The notes under the pieces are model-generated. The model was not told the origin of the DNA and did no database searches. It saw only the letters and a list, made by a program, of their open reading frames with translations. A stretch of DNA of 64,000 bases, from assembly GCA_043228905.1 (NCBI GenBank), contig JBHGNT010000004.1:14198001-14262000 (forward strand), in the 5' to 3' direction. Positions 1-10,295 of the stretch are shown one piece after another. The position numbers were made by a program, and so were the translations under genes. This DNA is from Azolla caroliniana. Lineage: Eukaryota > Plantae > Polypodiophyta. Every line of letters starts with the position of its first letter. Position 1 is the stretch's first letter.

Positions 1-321
1 CCATACTTGGCTTCCAAATAGAATGAGTTATGAGTGCTCGTTGTAGATTGTGTTTTGGTGGCTCGCTTTTTTCTTCTTTTACTTTTCTCCACGTGTCTTG
101 CTTTTTGTTTGACTTATCCTCAAGACCTTGGTTCGTGTTCTTGACCTCCAGATGTGAATGCTCCATACTTTATATTCTTGTAGAGTTCAATACCTTGAAT
201 TCTAAAAACACTTTCACAGATACTTGGGGTGGAGTTGCAACCACTGAAGCTATGTTTTTGTTGGTCGGAAGCGTAACATTTGTTGGCGCTCAGAATGTCG
301 CTCAAATAAGTGATTGTCACA

Positions 322-800
322 TCACACTTCAGTAAGAGATTTTGGATCATCATGGAAGGTAAGAAGTAAATCCTTCACATCATTGCGCAGACCTTGATGA
401 AATTGGTCCATTAACGCAGCCTCGTCCCATGGAATATCACATGCTACAAGGCGAAAATTTGTAGCATAAGCGGAAGCAGGACGATCTCCTTGTCGTAATC
501 GCCAAATTTTGTTTATTGTGGTCCTCATACTATCGGTGTCTCCAAAGTTGGCTTGGAACTCATTAATAAACCCTTCAAAATCTTCTAATAATGGTGAGTG
601 CTTCTCTAGGAGTGGTGCAAACCATGCTAATGCGGTACCCGTTAACAAGGTACCAACTAGTCCCACACAAGCAACATCAGTTGGGTAACTGCTATGATGC
701 AATTTAATCACAAGTCGTACCTGATTTAATAATCCATGAAATTGAGACCTTGTACCATCAAACTTGGTCGACAGACTAATCTTGGGTTCCTTCGGCGAGG
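322..800 (-). pseudogene. Ty3/gypsy gag (capsid) remnant
   Basis: Gag motifs homologous to the ORF at 18144-18455. The N-terminus appears deleted, and there is a stop/frameshift before the CDNHLFER continuation. Confidence 0.8.
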
Positions 801-1127
801 TTTGAACTGTCGAGACTTGGGAATAGGAGAGAGAAAGATGTGATGACGATAGAAGGTATATATATATATAGAGAGAGAGAGACAACACTAGAAATGGAAA
901 GAGAGATTATATTATAAGAGAGCAAGGATTACAAAGAGTAGGCTAAGGGGCTATAAACTGGTGTTGAACCGAATGAGTTGTGATGAATGAATAGACACCT
1001 ATTTATAGGTCCTTATGGAGTATTCTAGAATGTTCTTGAATATTTTCGATATTTATGATATTTAATATAATCATGGAATATCCTAGAATGTTCTAGAATA
1101 CTCTCAATATCTTGTAATAACTAATAA

Positions 1128-1199
1128 TGCATTTTGTATAATGGTTAAAGTTCTAACATATAGACCAAGACGTCTTGGGCTCGAATCCTTGTAAGGCCA
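1128..1199 (+). other. tRNA-like (Pol III A/B box) segment inside LTR #1, antisense to the element
   Basis: B-box-like GGCTCGAATCC at 1178-1188, weak A-box TGTATAATGG near 1135, ending GGCCA at 1199. No intact cloverleaf. Confidence 0.5.
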
Positions 1200-1219
1200 A
1201 AATGTATGTCTTCATGACA

Positions 1220-1600
1220 GTTAGAGGCCTATGCTCCTAGTCCACTAGGTAGTTATGTTCCAAGGAGTTAGTGTCAGTCGCTTAGTACGAGCATTGAAGT
1301 ACTTGTCAGTGCTTTTAAGTACTTGTATAAAAAGTGCTATGATGCACATTTGTATGTATAGAGTTTATAGAGTGTTTTGAATGCAGGCTCATTGTCTTGC
1401 TATCTATCTCTATCTTTGTCTTTGTCTCTCTCTTTGTTCGCCCGTTTGACTCCGGCCATCGTTTTCTATGTTCTATAGCTCGTTAGAAAGCTTTTTTAGA
1501 GAGCTTTCTAAGGAATTTTCATTTACTAAATTCCGTTACCGTGATGAGAAGTTAAGAGCATTTTCGTCCGCAACCATCTTTGTCGCACGGTTCCTCAAAC
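1220..1600 (+). repeat. Old copia-type LTR remnant
   Basis: Carries the AGTTAGTGT..GAGCATTGAAGTAC..ACTTGTATAAA module (1266-1333) shared with the copia LTRs at 18457, 20995, 24125, 32353, 36618 and 52375. Boundaries are approximate. Confidence 0.6.
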
Positions 1601-2041
1601 GTAAGGTAGATTTTGAAGTCATAAATCAAGTGAAAGGTACATTCTCTCTCTCTGTCATTCGAACCATTGCTTCCATGCGACTTAGGTCACATACATTGCG
1701 ATGTGAGACAGGGCGTTGGGGCACAAGTGATGAGAGTGGTTGGCTATGCACACTTTGCCCTAAACAAGTTCGTGAGTCTGAGTATCACACTTTGATACAA
1801 TGCTCTGCCTTTGATCATATTCAACCATGCTTTCCACATCTCTTCGACCAAGCCCAATCCTTGCATGAATTCCTCTCACAACCACAATGTGCACTCTCGA
1901 TTGCAACATTCATTGGTAAAGTTCTTGAACATCGAGAGTCACTACTCACTTTCACACGTATCATGTGAAATGTAATATTTTTGGTTTCATAGGTCATATT
2001 TGACCTCCAAAGAAGATAATATAATCCATCCATCTATCCAT
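1601..2041 (+). mobile_element. 3' end of a LINE: ORF2 C-terminal CCHC region, stem-loop and (ATCC)n tail
   Basis: RLRSHTLRCETGRW..CTLC..ESEYHTLIQC is a typical non-LTR ORF2 C-terminal zinc finger. Hairpin AGGTCA-TATT-TGACCT near 1991-2006 and an ATCCATCCATCTATCCAT tail. Confidence 0.8.
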
Positions 2042-2071
2042 ATATCTCTTTCTGTAGGGTTTGGTCCTACA

Positions 2072-3468
2072 ATGGCAAACACTCATAAAGCCGCCACAAA
2101 GTTCGGGAGTATGATTGATAATGAGCCAAGATCACCAACAAATCTTGATTCCAATGCAATAGACAAAATGCTTATGAGTCACTTGATTTCTCTTCAAAAA
2201 ACCATAAACAAGCAAGGTGAAGAGATCAGGACGTTAATGAAAGAGAATGCTAAGATCTAGATTGTTGTCATTAAGAATGAAAGTCTTAAGAAAGTGGTTG
2301 CAAAATTTGAAGATAAGATTCAAGAATGTGAGAAAGATTCCTTCGAAACAAATGAGCACCTTAACCAGATTGGGTTAAAGGAAGCATTAAAAGAAGAAAA
2401 ATTGGACACGATGAGGCGGGATGTAAGTGAGATGAAAAATCTATGTACAACGAAGTGATGGGCCAATGTATGTGATATCAAACTCATCGACTATACATGT
2501 GATGCATCAAGAGAAGAATATAGAAAGCATAGATGTCCGAGAATTGAAAGAACGTGAATGACGATCACAGAACATTGTCGTCCTTGGGATTAAAGAAGAG
2601 AGTATGGAAACATCCGCATACCTCAGAAAGGCCACTGGTGATTTTTTTAGCATGCATTATGGGATGTTGGATGTGAATGTATATGGGGCACACCGAGTTG
2701 GGAATATATGGTGGTACTCACTCCGAAGAAAGGCCTATTGTATGCACAATGATACAAAGCGGCAGATCATACTAAAAAATAGTTGGGTATAGCTCAAAGG
2801 TATGCAATGCTTTGTGAATGAAGATCATACTATCTAAAAAACAAAATGTCGGACGTAAAGCATATGAAGAAAGATTGAAAAAAAAGGTTAAGGATGTGCC
2901 TAAAGATGGAAATGTAGGCAAATAGGGACACGTGACCTATGAGCCTAACCCACGTCTTTTACGACTATGCTTTTGGAATTACAATGGATACCCATGGAAT
3001 GCAGGATTTGGCATAGATGAGTTCACCAATGACTTGGATATCACACTTCTTGTTGAAACATGGGAGCATGATACTCCAAGGATTCAAGGTTTATGAAACT
3101 ACAATGTACACTCTCTGATATGGGAGAAAAATCCAAGACAATGAAGAGGACAAGGAGGGGTGACATGTTTGATTAAGAAGGAAATAGAGAAATATGTGTC
3201 AATCATAAAAAATGATGAACATAAATTCTACATATGGCTCAAAATAGAAACACCTAATGATTTTCCCACTTTCGTAGTTGGATGTTACATTCCTCATCAG
3301 GATTCTAACTTTTATTCTTGTTTGGATTCTAACTTTGATTCTTTTGCCAATCTAGAAGATGATATTGCTTATTTCAAATCCAAAGGGGAAGTTATTGTCT
3401 TTGGTGACATGAATGCTTGTACAAGAAGTTTCCAACTTGATTCACAAGAATCTTTCATGCCACATATC
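2072..3468 (+). mobile_element. Degraded LINE 5' part: coiled-coil ORF1 and APE endonuclease of ORF2, interrupted at 3469
   Basis: K/E-rich heptad ORF fragments and NIVVLGIKE. APE motifs WNYNG, LLVETW, GQGGV, GCYIP and FGDMNA, with in-frame stops. Confidence 0.75.
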
Positions 3469-3957
3469 TGTCATAGACAAGATGCCACATAGAATGGCGG
3501 GGGTTGAACCCGTGACCTTCTGGTTTTATTGGGCAACCTTGCCAATTGAGCTACATCAATTTGTGCTTTATTGTACTGTATAAGATTCAACTTATTTTAT
3601 TATAGATTGATCACTAGAAATTTCAAGAACCTTCTAGAGAATGCATCTTCATGCGCTCTCTAGAAGTTTCCATGCACTCTCTAGAAGTCTTCTAGCTTTC
3701 ATGCATACCTCCACATTCTTGTATAAATATTGGGGTGCACCTTGATTACAATCAAGGTGAACAACACCAGTTACGAAAGCATATACAATTCTTGTTTATT
3801 TTTCTATTCTCTCTCTCTTGCTTGTTCTCTTGTCTAAGCTTTGTCTCCCGCTATCTCTTAATATTGAGCCTCGTCTACTTGTCCTTGACAATCTTGTGGT
3901 CTTGCTTATGCTCTCACTCTCTCTTAGTACTTAGCCTCATTCCACCCATTTGTGACA
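3469..3957 (+). repeat. 5' LTR of Tcn1-like element #2
   Basis: TGTCA...TGACA inverted termini, TATAAATA at 3722 and a CT-rich U5. The left end breaks a LINE endonuclease frame. Confidence 0.8.
3492..3560 (-). other. tRNA-like (Pol III A/B box) segment inside LTR #2, antisense to the element
   Basis: The minus strand reads GATG-TAGCTCAATTGG-CAAGG...GAAGGTCACG-GGTTCAACCCC-CGCCATT: consensus A box, B box and a CGGG/CCCG T-stem. Confidence 0.7.
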
Positions 3958-5901
3958 GTTCCTTCACCTTCCCATTTTCTGAGCCTCAGCATGTCGGATC
4001 TTACATCAAAGAAAAAAACAACTCTCCGATGGAACTCGAAGAAAAAAACAACTCTCCTCCTACATCAACAAATGTTCTACCTATAGAGCATAGTTCCTCA
4101 TCTAGGCTTTCTCCAACTCCTCCCCATCCCACTACAGTATGGAGCCCAAGATTAGTTTACCTGACAAGTTCGATGGCACGAGGAAGCATTTATGAGGGTT
4201 CATAAATCAGATGAACCTTATTATCAAACTAGAGCCTCGATGGTATGCGGATGATTTTCGTCAAGTTGGTCTCACCAGGACCCTTCTGTCCGGAGCTGCA
4301 CAAGCCTAGTTTGTACCATTGGTCGAAACTTCATCACCACTTCTACAAAATTTTCCTGCCTTTCTGGCAACATTTGGGGATTATGACTAACACCGAACTA
4401 CCATCACCAAACTCTATTCATTACATCAAGGTATGCATCTGGTATTTGTTTATGCCTCTGAATTTAGACAATTAGCATGTGATGTTCAGTGAGATGGCCA
4501 AGCTCTGTGCGACCATTTTCGTCGGGGCCTTCGAAGCAAGATTACAAATTTACTAAACTTTCCAGAGCGTACGTCATTGTCGCAAGCCATCACGCAAGAA
4601 ATTAGTTGTGACAATCAGTTGTTACAGCTTCGTAAAAAAGAACAAGCAACTTTAAGGTGGAAACCCTTTTGAAGATCTTCTCCATCGTCATCGTACGAAG
4701 ACCCCGTGCTGATGGAAATTGATCGAGCTCGCGCCCCGCCACTCACTGAGGTTGAACGGAGGTATCACCGAACCAATAAACTATGTTTATATTGTTGTGC
4801 ATCCACCCATCTAATTCGTTTTTGCCCAATCAAGAATAACCAATGACAAATATCTACAAACAATATGACAAGATGGCCCCAACAACCGGAAAACGACGGT
4901 GTCCAACTACAGTAGGAGCCATGTGGTCGGACAATCTGCATTCGTGTGGCTCCCATAGTTCAGCTACATCGACAAAAGATTTCTTCTTTCCAGTAAGCAT
5001 CCATGTCAAGTCAATTTCAATTAGGTCCTTTGCACTTCTCGATTCTGGGGAAACAATGTGATTTATGGACGAAAGGTTCGTTCGTAAACACAAATTTCCG
5101 GTTGTCCAATTGGCCAAGCCAATCCGAGTGGAAGTTATTGATGGACGCATGCTTTCTTCGGGAGCCGTCACCGAGGCATTAACATTTTTTATTATCACTT
5201 CACCGCGACATTCAGTTATCCTTGGTTTGTCTTGGCTGAAGGCACATAATTCACTTGTTGATTACTTTCTCCCAAACTAGCTCGGAGATGCAAGCAATAT
5301 CTCATGTTGCTGCAGGTGCTCACCCTCCCATTAATGCAAGAATCAACTCCAAGGCGAATTCTCACATCCCAATCACAAAAAGGAAAATAGTGCATAATGT
5401 CTCTGCGTCAAGCAATCCAATGAGGACAGCTATTGACTCACTATTGTCCAAATATGAAGACTTCAGGGACATGTTTGAGAAAAAGAATGCTTATCACTTG
5501 CCTGAGCATCGACGTTACAACTGTGTGATCGATCTGCAAGAAGGTGTCGGTCCTCCCTTTGGCCCAATTTATGGGTTGTCGGAACCAAAACTCCAAGCAC
5601 TCCAAACTGATCTCGATGAGAACCTTGAAAAGGGTTTTATTCAACCCTCAAAATTACCAGTAGGAGCTCCTATTTTGTTCGTGAAAAAGAAAGATGGCTC
5701 CTTACGCCTTTGCGTTGACTATCGGGGTCTAAATTAGATTATTGTTTGCAACGGCTACCCACTGTCTCTCATCCCAAAGCTGTTGGATCGATTCCAGACT
5801 GGAAAAATCTTCTCTAAGATTGACCTACGGGGAGGAGCATACAATCTGGTATGAATCAAATCTGGAGATGAATGAAAAACCGCCTTTAGAACGTGCTACG
5901 G

Positions 5902-6716
5902 TGTTGTGTCAAAGCACGTCACGTATAAGAGCTTGGCGTGTCTAGGTGGAACCACTGGAGTTTTGAACCAGGAGAGTGGAAATAAGAAGATGAAAGAGAA
6001 GAGTGGGAAGTCGAGCCGGAAGTATCTCAATAGTCACAAGTGGTTTGCAGCCCGACCCGCGAAGACAAAAAACCTTATATCGTTCCACCTACGTAACCAA
6101 ATTAATTGTGCAAACACAAATTGGAAATCCCTCTGGAAGAGCTTTCCAACAAGCTATAGAACGTAAAAGACAGACGTCATAATTGAGAGTTAAGAAGAAA
6201 ATACCGTACAACGCTACTCCTCAAACACAGACGAAGAAGAAATGCCAAAATAGGAAATTCACTATTTCTTCGAGAGAAAACCCTTTACAAAATAGGACTC
6301 TTTGATTGTTCCCCCCCCCCCTCCATGACAGACGCCCTCCCCTCTTATACTAAAGTGATGTCTTTAATGTAGGCCACGTGGCACACACCTAGAGAAGCTT
6401 GTGCATGTGCGCGATATAAAGCATGTGGACCATGTGGCACACATGTAGAGAAACTTTGCATGTGCGTTATATGGTGCACATGAAATACATTACATGGTTT
6501 TGACTACACAACATTTGTTCCAGAGTAATGCAAATAAATCCCTAAGAACAATAATACTAAAGAACTTTGAGTCTAGAATGTAAATCAATTCCAATGAGTT
6601 GAATCAGGTGGATCTCCAAGGAGTGTTGGGTCACCGAACCAAGTTGAGATGCGTGGTTGTAATTGATGCAAGTGTGGAATCATGGTTGCACCAATCGGTC
6701 GTATCCCTTTACGACA
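5902..6716 (-). repeat. 3' LTR of Trp-gypsy 1
   Basis: Direct repeat of 14218-15030 with many transitions; TG...CA ends. Confidence 0.92.
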
Positions 6717-8317
6717 TGCACCCCCTCCTAACCTGCACATCCTCCGGTATGTACCAAGTGGAGAAAATTCAACCAAAGTCTTCTTTCCTTTTATTTGAAC
6801 ATTTGATGATGCATGCCAATCATCTTCATTCAATTCCGGAATCGACATGAGAGACATCTTCTCCACTTCAAACTTCTCGTTTACTTTCTCTTCTAGACGA
6901 GTATCATGTGATGAAACTGTCGTTACCGCTTCTAATTGGATACTTGTAGTTGCCACGTCATGGACCACCTCTTCTTCAACATCTTCTTCCCAATTCAAAT
7001 TAGCTTCCACGGATCGTTCATCCTGCAAAATGTCAGGAACAAGAGAGGCTCTTTGTTTAAAGAGTTTAATTCGTTTACCAGCAATCGGATTTCGAAGAAG
7101 AGTTCCATCAAATTCTGACAAGATATATGTTCCATTTTGCCGGACTACTACCACTCGATATGGCCCAAACCATCGATGAGAGAATTTTCAAATAGATTTG
7201 TGTTGATGCTCAAGGCTACTATCAAACACAAAAACCCAATCTCCTTTTTCAATGGGAATATTCCGAACTCGATGTCTCTTGTCAAATCGATCCTTATTCT
7301 TCAATCAAACTTCTTGTTGTTTCCTGGCAGCTTCAGCTATAGCCTCCAACCTATTCTCTAATTGCCGAACTTGAATAGCCAACAAATCTTCACGTTCCCT
7401 CTGATCTTCCCAACGTAAAACTCCCCAAGTGGGAATCATCCACTCCGTAGGTATAATAGGCTTTTGACCAAAAAGTAGTTTCGATGGCATAAATCCCGTA
7501 ATAGAGTTGTGAGTGCATCTATCAGCCCAGAGAGCATAAGGAAGCATGCTAGGCCACATAGAAATTTGGCCATCACATGCTTTGACCAAAGCTTTCACAA
7601 TCGGACCATTGCCCCTTCCCACTTTACCATTTCCCTCAGGATTATATGCAATAGTCAAAGTCAATCGGATCCCGAATCTTTGGAAGAACATTCGAGCCTC
7701 ATCTGAATCTAGCTCCCCTCGATGTGTTACAATTTGCCCAACATTACCATATCTACAAATTACATCCTCCAATAAAAACTTTAGAACGGCCCGATGCAGA
7801 CTTGTTTCGGAGAGGTCTTCCTTCCACTTGGTTGGACAAATCCTCTCGAGCCAGAACCAAATATTTCATTTGATTTCGACCAGAGGGCATATGAACTATA
7901 TCCACCATCCACTTATAATGCAACACAGGTGAGTACATCGGATGTAGCTCATCTCTCACCCTATAATCAGAATACATTTGACATTCAATGCATGATTCCA
8001 CATACCTTTGGATGTCTGCATACATTCCCTTCCACCAATACTGATCCTTAATCTTCGAAAATGTGTTGACCACTCCTTTATGTCCAGCCCAATGACTATC
8101 ATGAAAATCAGAAATAATCTTATCTTTCTAAACTTGTAAACCGATAGCTCGAGTTGGAGGATCCTTAACTTTCTTTGCAACTCTCCAAAGATATCCATCC
8201 TTCAAGAGAAACCTATAAGCGTTCTTCCTGAATAGCCGAAAATCATTTGGTGTCTAATCAGGGCTTCCTTCTTGTGCTTGTAGGAATTTCCCGATTTGCA
8301 ATAGCTCTCCTTCATAT

Positions 8318-10295
8318 TGTAAAATGCCTCTAAATTCTCCTCATTTTCCATTTCATCTGAATGTATTTATACACCATGGTAATACATTCCAAGATCCATT
8401 CGGTTATCTTAGCACACTTCTATTTACTTACTTCTAACTAACCCTTTACTAACTATAGCCTAACTAACTAACCCAAGGTCTAACCCCCTAACCTTAGTTA
8501 TAGCTACTTGGGTTAGGTGAGAGCTTTTTCCTGTGGTTTTACCACATGACCCCACAATTCCCCCCTTCGAAAAAATCAGAGCCTGTTGACTGTGTCTGAT
8601 GGAGTCTTTGCTCTTTTACTGTGGGAGCTACCGTTGTCGCGTTGTTATGGCAGAACGCGTCGCGCTTGCTCGTGTGCGATGGCGGCTCTACGTCGTCTTG
8701 CTTGTTCGTGTGTGATGGAGGCTCTGCGTCGTCTTGCTTGTTCATCTGTGATGGCGGCTCTGCGTCGTCTTGTTGGTTGGTTGCGACCGAAGGGTTTCCG
8801 GAGTCCTCTTCGCAGGGGTCATCATGGTGAGTTTCCTCCTCATGGGCTGATTTAGTTGTGGATGGGAGTAGATATGGCTTCATCCGGATCACGTGCGCAT
8901 AGGTAATCCGTCCATTAGCATCTCGACGGAGAGAATAGGTGTTGGCCCTCATTGAACGGATGACCGTAAAAGGGCCAATCCATCGATGCATCATTGATTC
9001 ACTAAGTCCTTGTCGCCGGATTGGAAAATAGACTAGGACCTTTTCGCCGATTGCATATTCTACCAGCTGACAGCCCTTTTCATAGCACCATTTTTGTCGT
9101 GCTTGAGCCAATTGCAGATTCTTGTGTATGCTCGTCCGTAAGATAGGTTGGACCTGTTGCAAGTGCAACCACCAATCCATTGCATCGGTTCGAGTATGTT
9201 TTTTGGGCAGATCCACCTTGATGTCGGGGGGTAAACAAGGGTCTCTTCCATATAGTGCTCTAAAAGGACTGATTCGAGTCGAGGCCTGCACCGAAGTATT
9301 ATACGCATGTGTGATGAATGGTAGGATCAAGTCCCACGTTGTGTGTAGTTGATCGATGAATGCGGTAAGTTGTTGTTTAATCGTCTTGTTCATCCGTTCT
9401 GTCAATCCATTTGTTTGGGGATGATATGGGGAGGTAAAAATTTGTTGAATGCCTAATTGTGTGGCTAATGCTTGCAATACCTCTCCGCTAAATTGTGGGC
9501 CTTGATCTGACAGGATGCGAGCTGGGCAACCATGTGGGAAAATGATCCACTCCATCAACTTTGTTGCTATGGTGACAACTCGTGCATCTGGAATTGCGGC
9601 AGTTTCGATCCATCGCGTCAAGTATTCCGATATGACTAAGATATACCTGTTTCCTGCCTGGGATTCGGGAAAAGGGCCGATGATATCCCATCCTATTAAT
9701 TCAAAGGGTTCAGAAACAGTAATAGGTTCGAGTAAGCCGTCATTGGAATGGGGTGGCTTAATTTGTTGACATGAGTGACATTGTTTGATGTAGGTTGCGA
9801 TTGTTGTATGCATTTGCGGCCAATAATATCGGAGACGGATCTTGTCCAACACCTTGTGGAATCCGAGGTGGCCAGACATCGGGTGATCGTGAAAAAATTG
9901 CATATATAAATTCCTCAAGCTTTGTGGTATCTAGATTCGTGGCTCTTTTCCTGTTTGTATAAAGTATACGACATTATTTTGCAACTGGAAATGGTTGTGT
10001 ACCTTGTTGCTTGTGGTCGATTGGATGTCATGGGTGTTTTGTCGTATTTGTTCGTCGGCTTGTTGTAGGGCTGCTATCTGGGCCATCGTTGTGGGTAATT
10101 GGACTACTGTAGGGTTGACTTGAACACATTGTGTTTCTACTTTATCTTGGCACACTTCTATTTACTTACTTCTAACTAACCCTTTACTAACTATAGCCTA
10201 ACTAACTAACCCAAGGTCTAACCCCCTAACCCTGGTTATAGCTACTTGGGTTAGGTGAGGGGTTTTATCCACTAGTTTTACCACGTGACCCCACA
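8318..10295 (-). mobile_element. Internally deleted Ty3/gypsy element retaining only integrase
   Basis: 3' LTR at 8318-8556 with a PPT (GAAGGGGGG); partial 5' LTR at about 10142-10295. ATAT TSD (8314-8317 / 10296-10299) restores host EEEYEGE. Confidence 0.9.
8539..9918 (-). CDS. Gypsy integrase (HHCC, DDE, GPF motif) with a 12-aa repeat tail
   Basis: 459-aa open frame: HDHPMSGH..CHSC, WDIIGP, SDQGPQF, YHPQTNGLTER, WIGPF; (K/Q)QDDAEPPSxxx three times. Fragment of a deleted pol. Confidence 0.8.
   Translation of the reverse strand: MRNLYMQFFHDHPMSGHLGFHKVLDKIRLRYYWPQMHTTIATYIKQCHSCQQIKPPHSNDGLLEPITVSEPFELIGWDIIGPFPESQAGNRYILVISEYLTRWIETAAIPDARVVTIATKLMEWIIFPHGCPARILSDQGPQFSGEVLQALATQLGIQQIFTSPYHPQTNGLTERMNKTIKQQLTAFIDQLHTTWDLILPFITHAYNTSVQASTRISPFRALYGRDPCLPPDIKVDLPKKHTRTDAMDWWLHLQQVQPILRTSIHKNLQLAQARQKWCYEKGCQLVEYAIGEKVLVYFPIRRQGLSESMMHRWIGPFTVIRSMRANTYSLRRDANGRITYAHVIRMKPYLLPSTTKSAHEEETHHDDPCEEDSGNPSVATNQQDDAEPPSQMNKQDDAEPPSHTNKQDDVEPPSHTSKRDAFCHNNATTVAPTVKEQRLHQTQSTGSDFFEGGNCGVMW

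Larger units (their letters stand above)
1..1219 (-). mobile_element. Tcn1/Tf1-like Ty3/gypsy element #1: 5' LTR (808-1219) plus degraded gag, running off the left edge
   Basis: The minus strand starts TGTCATG at 1219 and the LTR ends TCGACA at 808, with TATAAATA at 1007-1000. ORF 322..888 encodes a retrotransposon gag (EPKISL..KFDGTRSQF..GTALAWFAPLLE..LRQG..SAYA..F..WDEAALMDQF..GLRNDVKD). Confidence 0.85.

Noticed and set aside
322-888. Domesticated PEG10/RTL1-like gag gene
   Set aside because: It lies directly behind an LTR, is truncated, and has degraded paralogues in the window.
3492-3560. Functional tRNA genes at 1128, 3492 and 16170
   Set aside because: Acceptor and anticodon stems do not pair convincingly; only the promoter boxes and T-arm remain.
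6370-6482. G-box (GCCACGTGGC) and CATGTG-rich cluster as a stress or ABA enhancer
   Set aside because: Short motifs in a decayed LTR; function cannot be supported from sequence alone.
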